Below, piece by piece: positions 30,386 through 40,653 of a DNA stretch of 64,000 nucleotides. Location: assembly GCA_964291675.2 (NCBI GenBank), contig OZ219866.1, positions 3,328,001 through 3,392,000 on the forward strand. The letters run 5' to 3'. Under the pieces are notes generated by a model. The model was not told the DNA's origin. It saw only the letters and a list, made by a program, of their open reading frames with translations, and searched no databases. The translations under genes and the position numbers were made by a program. The stretch's first letter is position 1, and the number at the start of each line of letters is the position of its first letter. The stretch is from Alphaproteobacteria bacterium. GTDB taxonomy: Bacteria > Pseudomonadota > Alphaproteobacteria > MPNO01.

Positions 30386-30954
30386 GGCACTGTCCCCCCG
30401 ACCGCCGTCCCGCGGCCCGTCTGCAGCGAGAAGCCCGGCCCCCGCGCGAGAGCTTCCGACGGCTTCCGGCGGGGATTCTTCTTCCTGTCTTCAACAGTTT
30501 AGGCTATGTCCTTGATGTCGTGCAAGAAGATTCGCGATGCCCTCCGCGGCGCCACGGCGGTCCGGTTCAGCGCGACCCAGGCGGACCGGGTCGGGCGCGT
30601 TCGGGCAGCGGGGCAGGCGGTCGGGTCGGAGACCGCGAAGCCGGGCCACGCGCCGGAGTCCCGGTTGGCGACGGGGCCGTGGCCGGCGCCTCCCGCATCC
30701 GATCGCGCCGTCGGCCCGGGCACCGGCTGGACGATATGCACGCCGGGGCGTCGTCGTAGAGGTCGGCGCTCGGCTCGGTTCCGGCAAGTCGTTCGTGCCG
30801 CGGCAGCCACGCAGGCTCCGCTCGCATCGACCGCTTCGCTCGTCCCGTCGCCGCGCCGGCTCTCCGCGCTCGCCGCGTTGCCGCTCGGAACGCCCCCCGG
30901 CATTAGTTCCGGCGCCCTGGCATGACAATGGGGGCGTTGCCGCTACCCCCACCA

Positions 30955-31776
30955 CGTCATGGCCGGACTTGATCCGGCCATCCATGCGGCCTCTCGGCCT
31001 GCACGGCGGCCGGCCGGGAGGTGTGGCGGCGCCAGTGGTTGCGCGGATCAAGTCCGCGCATGGGTGGCCGGATCAAGTCCGGCCATGACGGGGGGGATTA
31101 GCGGAGGCGGGGCGTATCGACGGACCGCCCCCCGCCCCCTCACACCCCCGCCAGCGGCAGCGCGGTCGCGTACTTCACCTGGTTGAGGGCGAAGCTCGAC
31201 TTGATCGAGGCGACGCCGGCGACGCGGGTCAGGTGCTCTTTCAGGAAGCGCTCGTAGGCCGTGAGGTCGGAGACCACGACGCGGAGCAGGTAGTCGGCGT
31301 CGCCGGTCATCAGGTAGCACTCCATCACCTCGGGGCGGCCGCCGACGGCGCGCTCGAAGGTCTCCAGCGCCCGCTCGACCTGGCGCTCCAGCGTCACCTG
31401 GACGAACACCGAGATCGGCAGCCCCACCGCGCCCGGCTCGACCAGCGCCGCGTAGCCCTTGATCACGCCCCCGCGCTCCAGCGCGCGCACCCGGCGCAGG
31501 CAGGGCGACGGCGACAGCCCGACCGCCTCGGCAAGCGCGGCGTTGGAGATCCGCGCGTCGGCCTGGAGCACGCCCAGGATGCGGCGGTCGATCGCATCGA
31601 GCTCGGGGTTTGGCATAACCTGCCTCCGATATGCCGTCTGCGCCGGTTTCGTTGCGCAAACCCTGCATTTCGCGCAGCCCTTCGCAACATATTTTTTGGC
31701 CGCCCGGCCTATATTCCGGGTCACGCAGGTCCCAAGCGTCCCGCTGGGGAGCGAGCGATGTCCAGCCTGTCGGCCG
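30955..31776. repeat. Direct repeat copy 1: REP + lrp + intergenic promoter + first codons of the E1-like gene
   Basis: Aligns with 32990-33776; ends in ATGTCCAGCCTGTC(G/A)GCCG. Confidence 0.9.
31140..31616 (-). CDS. Lrp/AsnC transcriptional regulator, copy 1
   Basis: LDAIDRRIL..LQADARISNAALAEAVGLSPSPCLRRVRALE, ECYLMTGDADYLLRVV. Confidence 0.95.
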   Translation of the reverse strand: MPNPELDAIDRRILGVLQADARISNAALAEAVGLSPSPCLRRVRALERGGVIKGYAALVEPGAVGLPISVFVQVTLERQVERALETFERAVGGRPEVMECYLMTGDADYLLRVVVSDLTAYERFLKEHLTRVAGVASIKSSFALNQVKYATALPLAGV

Positions 31777-31818
31777 GAGACGCATACTAAGCAGGGGCCG
31801 GCGGAAGGGGATAGCGGC

Positions 31819-32739
31819 ATGAGGACGAGCGCCCGAAAGCGAAACTCATCCGGGAATGAAGGTAAAGCCTGCGACGCCGTTGTGAAATGCATCGAGCGGC
31901 GTACTGGCGAGACGCGCGCGGCGGTTCGGCGCCCCGAGACGGACGGGATTGGTCCGCCGGTGGATTTCCGGCTGAGGCTCGGTGCCCGGGAATATGCTAT
32001 CGAACACACGCAGATCGAGGCCATCCCGGGATTGATCCGAACAGGCGAGGGATTCAAACAGCTCATCGAGCCGGTCATCGACGATCTGTCGGGAACGCTA
32101 CCCGGCCCGGCCGTCTACGCGCTGAACTTCCCCATCGACACCCATCTCGGGGTGAGTCCGGCGGAACTCGACCGAATCCGGCGGAGGCTCATCGCTTGGA
32201 TTCGGGCGCAGGCTCAGTCCCTGTACGACAGGAACAGGGACGACCTCGAACGGGAGTACATATCTCCGCGCAACCTCGATTCCATCGAGGCCAGGCCGCC
32301 GGGCTTCCCCTATTCGGTGCGTCTCTGGATCGGTGCGGCGCGCTCCGAGTCGCAGCGGGGGGCTCTCCTACCCGCGCGCCTCAGCCTGGAAGACGAGGAA
32401 TTGGAAGCTTGTCGTTCAGACCGGTTGTGGCAGGCACTTGATCGCAAGTGTCCGAAGCTTCAGCGCTGCAAGCAGGATGGCGCACGGACTGTGCTGGTGC
32501 TGGAGAGCGACGACATCGCCCTCACGAACCAAGTTCTCGTCGGCGAATGTCTCTCTGCCCTACTGCCCGAGCGCACGGATCTGCCGGACGAGATTTACTT
32601 GGTGGAGACCGCGGTGAAGTCCTGGACAGTACGCTGTATGAAGCTCGACGCCGAGCATTGGCCCGTGGAGCACTTGGACGAGCCGGTGATGTGCCATGTG
32701 GACGACCTGATCGACCTGAGTGAAGCCATCACGGCGTGA
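31819..32739 (+). CDS. Lower-GC hypothetical protein, possible restriction-endonuclease-like fold
   Basis: 306-aa ORF with GAAGGGG RBS and atypical codon usage; PPVDFRLRLGAREYAIEHT resembles a (P)D..ExK-type core (inference). Confidence 0.65.
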   Translation: MRTSARKRNSSGNEGKACDAVVKCIERRTGETRAAVRRPETDGIGPPVDFRLRLGAREYAIEHTQIEAIPGLIRTGEGFKQLIEPVIDDLSGTLPGPAVYALNFPIDTHLGVSPAELDRIRRRLIAWIRAQAQSLYDRNRDDLEREYISPRNLDSIEARPPGFPYSVRLWIGAARSESQRGALLPARLSLEDEELEACRSDRLWQALDRKCPKLQRCKQDGARTVLVLESDDIALTNQVLVGECLSALLPERTDLPDEIYLVETAVKSWTVRCMKLDAEHWPVEHLDEPVMCHVDDLIDLSEAITA

Positions 32740-32877
32740 CCTCCGGCAGGTTGAGCGTGGATGCCTCCATCAGCGCTCTTGGCGCCGACTGGTGCGCAAC
32801 TCTTCGCGAGTCGATCTGTTATCTCCCGCTACCCATGAGGCCGACCGGAAGCCGCGCGGCGGCCGACCGGGAGGGAT

Positions 32878-33100
32878 GGCGGCGGCGCCAGTGGATGCCC
32901 GGATCAAGTCCACTGCTGTCCGGTTTAGATTTTCGACGCGGGCTCCGCGCCCGTGAGCATCTGCATCTCCGCTCCCGCTGTTGCCCATACGTCATGGCCG
33001 GACTTGATCCGGGCACCCATGCGGCCTCTCGGCGCGCACGACGGCGGGCGGGAGAGGCAGCGGCGCCAGTGGATGCCCGGATCAAGTCCGGGCATGACGG
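32878..33100. repeat. Composite family A REP module, inverted copy of about 16690-16885
   Basis: CACTGCTGTCCGGTTTAGATTTTCGACGCGGGCTCCGCGCCCGTGAGCATCTGCATCTCCGCTCCCGCTGTT matches the reverse complement of about 16780-16851. Confidence 0.9.
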
Positions 33101-33134
33101 GGGGAGGCGGCCGTATCGACGGACCGCCACCCCC

Positions 33135-33611
33135 TCACACCCGCTCCAGCGGCAGCGCGGTCGCGTACTTCACCTGGTTGAGGGCGAAGCTCGACTTGAT
33201 CGAGGCGACGCCGGCGACCCTGGTCAGGTGCTCTTTCAGGAAGCGCTCGTAGGCCGTCAGGTCGGAGACCACGACGCGGAGCAGGTAGTCGGCGTCGCCG
33301 GTCATCAGGTAGCACTCCATCACCTCGGGGCGGCCGCCGACGGCGCGCTCGAAGGTCTCCAGCGCCCGCTCGATCTGGCGTTCCAGCGTCACCTGCACGA
33401 ACACCGAGATCGCCAGCCCCACCGCGCCGGGCTCGACCAGCGCCGCGTAGCCCTTGATCACGCCCCCGCGCTCCAGCGCGCGCACCCGGCGCAGGCAGGG
33501 CGACGGCGACAGCCCGACCGCCTCGGCAAGCGCCGCGTTGGAGATCCGCGCATCCGCCTGGAGCACGCCGAGGATGCGGCGGTCGATCGCATCGAGCTCG
33601 GGGTTTGGCAT
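33135..33611 (-). CDS. Lrp/AsnC transcriptional regulator, copy 2
   Basis: Differs from copy 1 at 4 residues (P/A, V/I, AG/ER); divergent from the E1-like gene. Confidence 0.95.
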   Translation of the reverse strand: MPNPELDAIDRRILGVLQADARISNAALAEAVGLSPSPCLRRVRALERGGVIKGYAALVEPGAVGLAISVFVQVTLERQIERALETFERAVGGRPEVMECYLMTGDADYLLRVVVSDLTAYERFLKEHLTRVAGVASIKSSFALNQVKYATALPLERV

Positions 33612-33757
33612 AACCTGCCTCCGATATGCCGTCTGCGCGGGTTTCGTTGCGCAGACCCTGCATTTCGCGCAGCCCTTCGCAAGATAATTCTTTGCCGCCC
33701 GGCCTATACTTCGTCTCCGCGGGGCCCGCCGCGCCCCGCCCGGCCCGGGAGCAAGCG

Positions 33758-36136
33758 ATGTCCAGCCTGTCAGCCGAGTTGGCGCATCCGGCGCGCGCGC
33801 CGGCCGACCGCCGCGCGATCCTGGCGGCGCTCGAACGCAAGGTGCTGTGGCTCGCCGCCTGGACCATCCACCACGCGAACCACGTGAGGCCGTCGCGCGA
33901 CGGGCTCAAGGTGGGCGGGCACCAGGCGTCCTGCGCCTCGATCGCCTCGATCATGACGGCGCTCTATTTCGACGTGCTCAGGCCGGAGGACCGCATCGCC
34001 GTCAAGCCGCACGCCGCCCCCGTGTTCCACGCCATCCAGTATCTGTTCGGGCGCGAGAGCCGCGAGCGGCTGGAGGGTTTCCGCGCGCTCGGCGGCGCCC
34101 AGGCCTACCCCTCGCGCACCAAGGATCGCGACGTCGACTTCTCCACCGGCTCGGTCGGGCTCGGCGCGGCGCAGACCGTGTTCGCCGCGCTGGCGCGCGA
34201 CTACCTCGCCTGCAAGGGGCTGATCGAGCAGGGCTCGGGCGGGCGCATGATCGCCCTGGTCGGCGATGCCGAGCTCGACGAGGGCAACGTGTTCGAGGCG
34301 CTGCTGGAGAGCTGGAAGCACGACGCGCGCGATCTCTGGTGGGTGGTCGACTACAACCGCCAGAGCCTCGACTCGGTGGTCTCGGACCGGCTGTTCGGGC
34401 GCATCGACGAGCTGTTCCGCTCGGTCGGCTGGCGGGTGGCGACGCTCAAATACGGCCGCAAGCTGGAGACCGCCTTCGCCGAGCCCGGCGGGCAGGCGCT
34501 GAAGCGCTGGATCGACGCCTGCCCCAACTCGCTCTACTCGGCGCTCACCTTCAAGGGCGGCGCGGGGTGGCGCGAGCGCCTGGCGCGCGATCTCTCCGGC
34601 GACGCCGAGGCCCTGGCGCTGATCGCGCGGCGCGACGACGCGGCGCTGCACGCGCTGATGACCAACCTCGCCGGCAACGACCTCGACATGCTGCTGGAGG
34701 CGTTTCGCGGCATCGACGACGACCGGCCGACCTGCCTGATCTGCTACACCACCAAGGGCTACGGCCTCCCCTTCGCCGGGCACAAGGACAACCATGCCGG
34801 GCTGATGACGCCAGACCAGATGGCAGCGTTCCGCGCCGGGATGGGGATCGCGCCGGGCGAGGAGTGGGAGCGCTTCGCCGGGCTCGACATCGCCGCCGAC
34901 GAGCTCGAGGCGTTTCTCGCCGCCGCCCCCTTCGCCGCGTCGTTCCCGCGGCGGCGCGCGGCGGCGCGCATCGCCGTGCCGGCGCGCATCGAGGCGCCTG
35001 CGCGGGAGAGGATGTCGACCCAGGACGGGTTCGGGCGCATCCTCGCCGAGATCGCGCGCGCGGGCGGCGAGCTGGCCGAGCGCATCGTCACCACCTCGCC
35101 CGACGTGGCGGTCTCGACCGGGCTCGGCTCCTGGGTCAACCGGCAGGGCGTGTTCGCCCGCCAGCGCGCCGCCGACACCTATGCCGAGGAGGCGGTGCTC
35201 ACGCCGCAGCTTTGGGCGATGTCGCCCGAGGGCCGGCATGTCGAGCTCGGCATCGCCGAGAACAACCTGTTCCTGATGCTGTCGGCCTTCGGGCTCGCCG
35301 CCGGGACGTTCGGTGCAAGGCTGCTGCCGGTCGGCACGCTGTACGATCCGTTCATCCGGCGCGGGCTGGATGCGCTGCACTACGCCTGCTACCAGGACGC
35401 GCGGTTCATGCTGGCGGCGACGCCGTCGGGCGTCACGCTGGCGCCGGAGGGCGGCGCGCACCAGTCGCAGGAGACCCCGCTGATCACCCTCGGCCAGGCC
35501 GGGCTCGCCGCCTTCGAGCCCGCCTTCGTCGACGAGCTCGCCGAGATCGTCGCCTGGGGCTTTGGCCACATGCAGGCGGATGACGGCGGCTCGGTGGCGC
35601 TCCGCCTGTCGACGCGGGCGGTCCGCCAGCCGGTGCGCGCCGACGCGGGCTGGCGCGCGGGCACCATCGCCGGCGCCTATTGGCGGGACGGCGCGCCGCC
35701 CGAGGGCGCCGGGCTCGCCGTCGCCTATATGGGGGCGATGGCGCCCGAGGCCGAGGCGGCGGTCGCGGCGCTGCGTGAGGACCTGCCCGATGCCGCCCTG
35801 CTCGCCGTCACCTCGCCCGACCGGCTGCATGCCGGCTGGCTCGCCGCCCGCCAGGCGCGCATCGCCGGCGACCGCCGGCGCACCGCGCCGATCGAGGATC
35901 TGCTCGCCCCGCTCGCCGCCGACGCCGCCCTGGTCACCGTGCTCGACGGCCACCCGGCGGCGCTCTCCTGGCTGGGCTCGGTCGCCGGGCACCGCATCTA
36001 CCCGCTCGGCGTGGCCGGCTTCGGCCAGTCCGGCGACATCCCCGACCTGCACGCCGCCTGCGGCATCGACGCCGCCGCCATCATCGACGCCGCCGCCCGC
36101 GCCGCGATCCGCCGCTTCCGCCCGCCCGCCCCCTGA
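33758..36136 (+). CDS. TPP-dependent alpha-ketoacid dehydrogenase E1 / transketolase-like protein (AceE/MdeB-like)
   Basis: KVGGHQASCAS, STGSVGLG, GDAELDEG TPP motif, ELGIAENNL, EGGAHQS, FGQSG. Confidence 0.9.
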   Translation: MSSLSAELAHPARAPADRRAILAALERKVLWLAAWTIHHANHVRPSRDGLKVGGHQASCASIASIMTALYFDVLRPEDRIAVKPHAAPVFHAIQYLFGRESRERLEGFRALGGAQAYPSRTKDRDVDFSTGSVGLGAAQTVFAALARDYLACKGLIEQGSGGRMIALVGDAELDEGNVFEALLESWKHDARDLWWVVDYNRQSLDSVVSDRLFGRIDELFRSVGWRVATLKYGRKLETAFAEPGGQALKRWIDACPNSLYSALTFKGGAGWRERLARDLSGDAEALALIARRDDAALHALMTNLAGNDLDMLLEAFRGIDDDRPTCLICYTTKGYGLPFAGHKDNHAGLMTPDQMAAFRAGMGIAPGEEWERFAGLDIAADELEAFLAAAPFAASFPRRRAAARIAVPARIEAPARERMSTQDGFGRILAEIARAGGELAERIVTTSPDVAVSTGLGSWVNRQGVFARQRAADTYAEEAVLTPQLWAMSPEGRHVELGIAENNLFLMLSAFGLAAGTFGARLLPVGTLYDPFIRRGLDALHYACYQDARFMLAATPSGVTLAPEGGAHQSQETPLITLGQAGLAAFEPAFVDELAEIVAWGFGHMQADDGGSVALRLSTRAVRQPVRADAGWRAGTIAGAYWRDGAPPEGAGLAVAYMGAMAPEAEAAVAALREDLPDAALLAVTSPDRLHAGWLAARQARIAGDRRRTAPIEDLLAPLAADAALVTVLDGHPAALSWLGSVAGHRIYPLGVAGFGQSGDIPDLHAACGIDAAAIIDAAARAAIRRFRPPAP

Positions 36137-36218
36137 GCCACCAGCCGCCTCCCCCGCCCCCCTCCGCTACAGCCCCGGTGCCCCCCGACCACGCCGCATC
36201 CCCCACAAAATTTCCGCT

Positions 36219-36237
36219 ATTGACAATCATTCGCATC
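36219..36237 (+). promoter_or_regulatory. Fur-box-like iron regulatory site overlapping a -35 upstream of bfd
   Basis: ATTGACAATCATTCGCATC resembles the Fur box; context is bfd/bfr. Confidence 0.55.
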
Positions 36238-36284
36238 GCAACATATTGTCATTCGCGTCTGGGATTGGGGCGGCATTTGGCGCC

Positions 36285-36464
36285 ATGTATGTCTGCATCT
36301 GCAACCGCCATCGGGAGTGCGACTTGCGCGATCTCGCGGCGGGCGGGGCGCGGTCGGCGGAGGAGGCCTATTCGGCGCTCGGCGGCGAGCCGCGCTGCGG
36401 GCGCTGCCTGGGCTTCGCGCAGCGGCTGATGGACGAGGTCTCGGCGCAGGCGGGGCGGCGCTGA
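36285..36464 (+). CDS. bfd: Bacterioferritin-associated ferredoxin (2Fe-2S)
   Basis: MYVCICN...PRCGRC. Confidence 0.9.
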   Translation: MYVCICNRHRECDLRDLAAGGARSAEEAYSALGGEPRCGRCLGFAQRLMDEVSAQAGRR

Positions 36465-36468
36465 CGCC

Positions 36469-36936
36469 TCACGCGCTGTGGTGCTGGATGAAGTTTTCCG
36501 GCCCCATGCGCTCGATCAGCCCGAGCTGGGTCTCCAGCCAGTCGACATGCGCCTCCTCGCCCTCCAGGATCTTCTCCAGCAATTCGCGGGTGATGTAGTC
36601 CCCCTCCGCCTCGCAGGCGGCGATCGCCTCGCGCACCGCCGGGATCGCGGCGTGCTCCAGCCTGAGGTCGCATTCGAGGATCTCGCGCGCCGTCTCGCCG
36701 ATCAGCAGCTTGCCGATATCCTGCAGATTGGGCAGCCCCTCGAGGAACAGGATGCGCTCGACCAGCGCGTCGGCATGGCGCATCTCGTCGAGCGATTCGT
36801 CGTACTCGTGCTTGGCGAGGCCGGCGATCCCCCAGTTCTTCAGCATCCTGGAGTGCAGGAAGTACTGGTTGATGGCGGTCAGCTCGTTGAGCAGAACGCG
36901 GTTGAGATGCTCGATGATCGCAGCACTTCCCTGCAC
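36469..36936 (-). CDS. bfr: Bacterioferritin
   Basis: NELTAINQYFLHSRM, DEMRHAD, EEAHVDWLETQL. Confidence 0.96.
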   Translation of the reverse strand: MQGSAAIIEHLNRVLLNELTAINQYFLHSRMLKNWGIAGLAKHEYDESLDEMRHADALVERILFLEGLPNLQDIGKLLIGETAREILECDLRLEHAAIPAVREAIAACEAEGDYITRELLEKILEGEEAHVDWLETQLGLIERMGPENFIQHHSA

Positions 36937-37004
36937 GATGCCCTCCCTGTCCGGTCCGCTTGCCCTGGCGGCGGGCGGCGACTATACCATGGCGCCGCCC
37001 GCAG

Positions 37005-37089
37005 GCGGGTGTGGTGGAACTGGTAGACACGCCGGATTTAGGATCCGGTGGCGCAAGCCATGGGGGTTCGAGTCCCTCCGCCCGCACCA
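37005..37089 (+). tRNA. tRNA-Leu (anticodon TAG)
   Basis: GCGGGTG acceptor stem, CCGGA-TTTAGGA-TCCGG anticodon arm, long variable arm, GTTCGAGTCC, CCA end. Confidence 0.95.
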
Positions 37090-37125
37090 TCCCCGCCGCC
37101 CGACGACAGGACCCACGGGACCGCC

Positions 37126-38481
37126 ATGCAAGTCACCCAGATCAGCGCCGACGGGCTCAAGCGGGCCTACCGCATCAGCGTCCCCGCCGCCGACATCGAG
37201 GACAAGGTGGTCGCCCGGCTGACCGATCTCGGCCGCGAGGCGCGCATCCCCGGCTTCCGCGCCGGCAAGGCGCCGCTCGCCATCTTGCGCCGGCGCTTCG
37301 GCGAGGCGGTCAGGGGCGAAATTCTGCAATCGGCGATCGTGGATGCGACGCAGAGCGCGATCGATGGCGAGGGCATCCGCCCGGCCATGCAGCCCGACAT
37401 CGAGGACCTCGAATTCGAGGACGGCAAGGACCTCGAATACACGCTTGCGCTGGAGCTGATGCCCGAGATCGAGCCGCCCGACCTCGCGGCGCTCGCGCTG
37501 GAGCGCATGGTGGTCGCGGTCGACGAGGCGCGGGTCGAGGAGGCGATCGGCCGCCTCGCCGAACGGCACCGGCATTTCAGCCCGGCGGCCGACGGCGCGG
37601 CGGCCGCCGACGGCGACGAGCTGGTGATCGACTTCGAGGGCAGCATCGACGGCGAGCCCTTCGAGGGCGGCGCGGCGGAGGATTTCGTGCTCCGCCTGGG
37701 CTCGGACCGCTTCGTCCCCGGCTTCGAGGCGCAGCTCGTCGGCGCGCGGGCGGGCGATGAGAAGACCGTCGCGATCGACTTCCCCGACGACTACCCGAAC
37801 GACGCGCTCGCCGGCAAGGCGGCGAGCTTCGCCGTCGCCGTCAAGGAGTTGCGCAGCGCCGACGCGCTCCTGATCGACGACGCGCTCGCCAAGCATCTCG
37901 GCGCCGAGGACCTCGATGCGCTCAGGACCGCGATCCGGGGACAGATCGAGGACGAGTTCGCCAGCCTCTCGCGCGCCCGGCTCAAGCGCTCGCTGCTCGA
38001 CACGCTGGCCGAGCGCGACGGGTTCGACCTGCCGCCCGGCATGGTGGAGCGCGAGTTCGAGACCATCTGGAGCCAGGTCGAGGAGGCGAAGCGGAAGGGC
38101 GATCTCGACGCCGACGACGAGGCGCTCGCCGAGGACGAGCTGCGGGCGCGCTACCGCACCATCGCCGAGCGCCGGGTCCGCCTCGCGCTGATCCTGTCGG
38201 AGATCGGCCGGGCCAACAACATCCAGGTGAGCGAGGACGAGCTCAACCGGGCGATGATGGAGCAGGCCCGCATGATGCCCGACCGGGCGGCGCAGGTCTT
38301 CGAGTTCTACCGCGACAACCCCGACGCGATGCAGTCGCTGCAGGCGCCGATCTTCGAGGACAAGGTGGTGGATTTCGTCATCGAGATGGCGCAGGTGACG
38401 GAGCGCGCGGTCGAGCTCGACGAGCTCACCGCCGAGCCCGCCGATGGGGACGCCGCGCCGGAGGAGGGGCAGGACGGATGA
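37126..38481 (+). CDS. tig: Trigger factor
   Basis: [10 protein letters not shown] signature, FKBP domain [24 protein letters not shown]. Confidence 0.97.
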   Translation: MQVTQISADGLKRAYRISVPAADIEDKVVARLTDLGREARIPGFRAGKAPLAILRRRFGEAVRGEILQSAIVDATQSAIDGEGIRPAMQPDIEDLEFEDGKDLEYTLALELMPEIEPPDLAALALERMVVAVDEARVEEAIGRLAERHRHFSPAADGAAAADGDELVIDFEGSIDGEPFEGGAAEDFVLRLGSDRFVPGFEAQLVGARAGDEKTVAIDFPDDYPNDALAGKAASFAVAVKELRSADALLIDDALAKHLGAEDLDALRTAIRGQIEDEFASLSRARLKRSLLDTLAERDGFDLPPGMVEREFETIWSQVEEAKRKGDLDADDEALAEDELRARYRTIAERRVRLALILSEIGRANNIQVSEDELNRAMMEQARMMPDRAAQVFEFYRDNPDAMQSLQAPIFEDKVVDFVIEMAQVTERAVELDELTAEPADGDAAPEEGQDG

Positions 38482-39123
38482 GCACGGACGCGAGGATGAA
38501 CGCCCTGGTGCCGATGGTGGTCGAGCAGACCAACCGCGGCGAGCGGGCCTACGACATCTTCTCCCGGCTGCTGAAGGAGCGCATAATCTTCCTGATCGGC
38601 GGGGTCGACGATGCGGTCGCCTCGCTGATCTGCGCCCAGATGCTGTATCTCGAATCGGAGAACCCGACCAAGGACATCGCGTTCTACGTCAACTCGCCGG
38701 GCGGGCTGGTGACCTCGGGGCTCGCGGTCTACGACACCATGCAGTACATCCGCCCGGAGATCTCGACGGTGTGCATCGGCCAGGCCGCCTCGATGGGCTC
38801 GCTGCTGCTGGCCGCCGGCGCCAAGGGCAAGCGCTACTCGCTGCCGCATGCGCGGATCATGGTGCACCAGCCCTCGGGCGGGTTCCAGGGCCAGGCCTCC
38901 GACATCGAGATCCACGCGCGCGAGATCCTGACCCTGCGCGGGAGGCTCAACCGGATCTATGTCGAGCACACCGGCCAGGACATCGGCACCATCGAGGAGG
39001 CGATGGAGCGCGACCGCTTCCTGTCGCCCGACGACGCCAAGGCGTTCGGCATCATCGACGAGGTCGTCGCCAGCCGCCCCGCCCCCGAGGCCGAGCCCGC
39101 CAGCGGCGGGTGAAGGGGGGGGA
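38146..39123. repeat. Direct repeat copy 1 (about 980 bp): 3' end of tig + clpP
   Basis: Matches 43719-44698 at offset 5573 with only about 10 substitutions counted by eye. Confidence 0.95.
38478..39113 (+). CDS. clpP: ATP-dependent Clp protease proteolytic subunit, copy 1
   Basis: [37 protein letters not shown]. Confidence 0.97.
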   Translation: MSTDARMNALVPMVVEQTNRGERAYDIFSRLLKERIIFLIGGVDDAVASLICAQMLYLESENPTKDIAFYVNSPGGLVTSGLAVYDTMQYIRPEISTVCIGQAASMGSLLLAAGAKGKRYSLPHARIMVHQPSGGFQGQASDIEIHAREILTLRGRLNRIYVEHTGQDIGTIEEAMERDRFLSPDDAKAFGIIDEVVASRPAPEAEPASGG

Positions 39124-39452
39124 CCCGTCCGTCGTTTCGACCGCAGCTCCAAAGACGCGAAGCGGAAAGAGCCGTTGCTTGAGGGGCAGGACGCCTCCGC
39201 CCCGCGCGGACGCCCCGCCGTTCCCGAAAGCCATCATCCCTGGCCGCCGGGAGAGGCAACTGTCAGGCGATTGCCCTATCTGTACAAACCGAAGGCGATT
39301 GAGGTCGCCGTCACATCCACGACAAGTTCTTCCACTAACCAACTAGTCGGCCATTCTCGGAACAGGCGCTAATTGTGTCGGAATGTCATAACACGATCTT
39401 GTTGTGAGCAATGGCGAGCCAATACGCGCCAGGACGTCAGCGTTGCCCCGTA

Positions 39453-39875
39453 CTACTTGTTTCCCGCCGCCACCAAGTGCGGCCTGAATCCCGACTCGTC
39501 CGGCATGATCTCCGTGTAATGGCAGTACCCCTCTGCCGTACGAACTTCCGCCGCCCGTTCGATCCACTTCTGAGTCCGTAGAAGGCCAACGAACAGCGTC
39601 AGCGCATTGCCATCCTGAATTCGGTGGAACGTCTCTCGCGTGTACATCCCGAACGACAGGAAACTACGCCGCCGAGGAGGACCCCCCTCTTTGCCGACGA
39701 CTTCCAGCAGTGTGCCTCTGAGCACGATCCCGAAGGCTAATGCCCACGGGTGGCTGTGCAAGCGCTCAGTGCTCTCCTGACCGCCGTATTGGTGTACGTA
39801 AACTGTAATCCAATGCCCGCGCAGCCCACGCCGATGGAGCCACGAGCCTTGAATTTTTACGTTGATGGTTCTCAT
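39453..39875 (-). CDS. Cupin-like protein
   Basis: LHSHPW..IVLRGTLLE (motif 1) and FHRI (motif 2); GAGGA RBS 5 nt after the kinase stop. Confidence 0.7.
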   Translation of the reverse strand: MRTINVKIQGSWLHRRGLRGHWITVYVHQYGGQESTERLHSHPWALAFGIVLRGTLLEVVGKEGGPPRRRSFLSFGMYTRETFHRIQDGNALTLFVGLLRTQKWIERAAEVRTAEGYCHYTEIMPDESGFRPHLVAAGNK

Positions 39876-39880
39876 GTCCT

Positions 39881-40567
39881 CTACGTCTTACCCGCTGCGC
39901 CCTCGACCCCTGATGTCGAAGCGATGCACGCACCTGCCCACCGCCAGCTGTCGATGAGTCCAATGCATCGCTCGATCACGGCTCGGCTGGTTAGAGAGCT
40001 GTCTACTATCGCATCGGCCGCCAAAGGCAACTTGTCCGTCATGTCTGCTTCGACGACATGACTTGACGCCCTGTCGAAGTCCTCCGATTCCGTGGCAGAT
40101 CGTTCTCCGACCCGGATCGAGCGCAATCTGGAGTCCGTCTCCAGGTAAATCATGCGCATCTCAGAAGGTGCCGCCATCCGAATGAGATGCGGCAGCACGT
40201 CGACATGCCGCACGCCGTCCAACACGAAATCCTCGCCGGGAACGAACCCTCCCGCTGCTAGCACGTCCCTGCAAAACGCCTCCGCGTCTTGCTCAATCCG
40301 GTATTGACCAAGATCTTGAAGCAACTCCCGGCAATCGGGATCGCTCCCGCGCGCTGCCAACACGTTGCTCAGGTAGCCGCCAAAGCTGGTGTACCCACAC
40401 CCCAGGGCTTTCGCGACCGCGACGCTTGTCGAGGTCTTGCCGCTGCCGATCTTTCCCGAAAAGCACACGAGCACGGCATTCGGCATTATCCGGGCGGAAT
40501 CCGTATCAGTACCAGACACCTCGTGCCCGGTCTGTGTGCCGCCTTCCGCGGCTCCGTCCGTGCTCAT
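39881..40567 (-). CDS. P-loop nucleotide (NMP/dNMP/dephospho-CoA) kinase-like protein
   Basis: FSGKIGSGKT Walker A, RELLQDLG, FVLDGVRH, lid-like RLRSIR; GAGGGAG RBS. Confidence 0.8.
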   Translation of the reverse strand: MSTDGAAEGGTQTGHEVSGTDTDSARIMPNAVLVCFSGKIGSGKTSTSVAVAKALGCGYTSFGGYLSNVLAARGSDPDCRELLQDLGQYRIEQDAEAFCRDVLAAGGFVPGEDFVLDGVRHVDVLPHLIRMAAPSEMRMIYLETDSRLRSIRVGERSATESEDFDRASSHVVEADMTDKLPLAADAIVDSSLTSRAVIERCIGLIDSWRWAGACIASTSGVEGAAGKT

Positions 40568-40653
40568 CTCGGGTCTCCCTCGCTCCACTGGTTACAGCTC
40601 TCCACCGATCGCGTCTCATGAATTTCGCCGTCCCATCGACCACGCTCTCACGC

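Noticed and set aside
26795-30502. 1235-aa plus-strand ORF and other very long Arg/Pro/Gly-rich ORFs (e.g. 9618-12719, 55883-58246, 61192-63720)
   Set aside because: Shadow frames of real genes in high-GC DNA; no motifs.
32911-32930. Integron attC/attI core site in CCGGTTTAG
   Set aside because: Does not fit GTTRRRY, has no inverse core partner and no integron integrase; better explained as an IS end.
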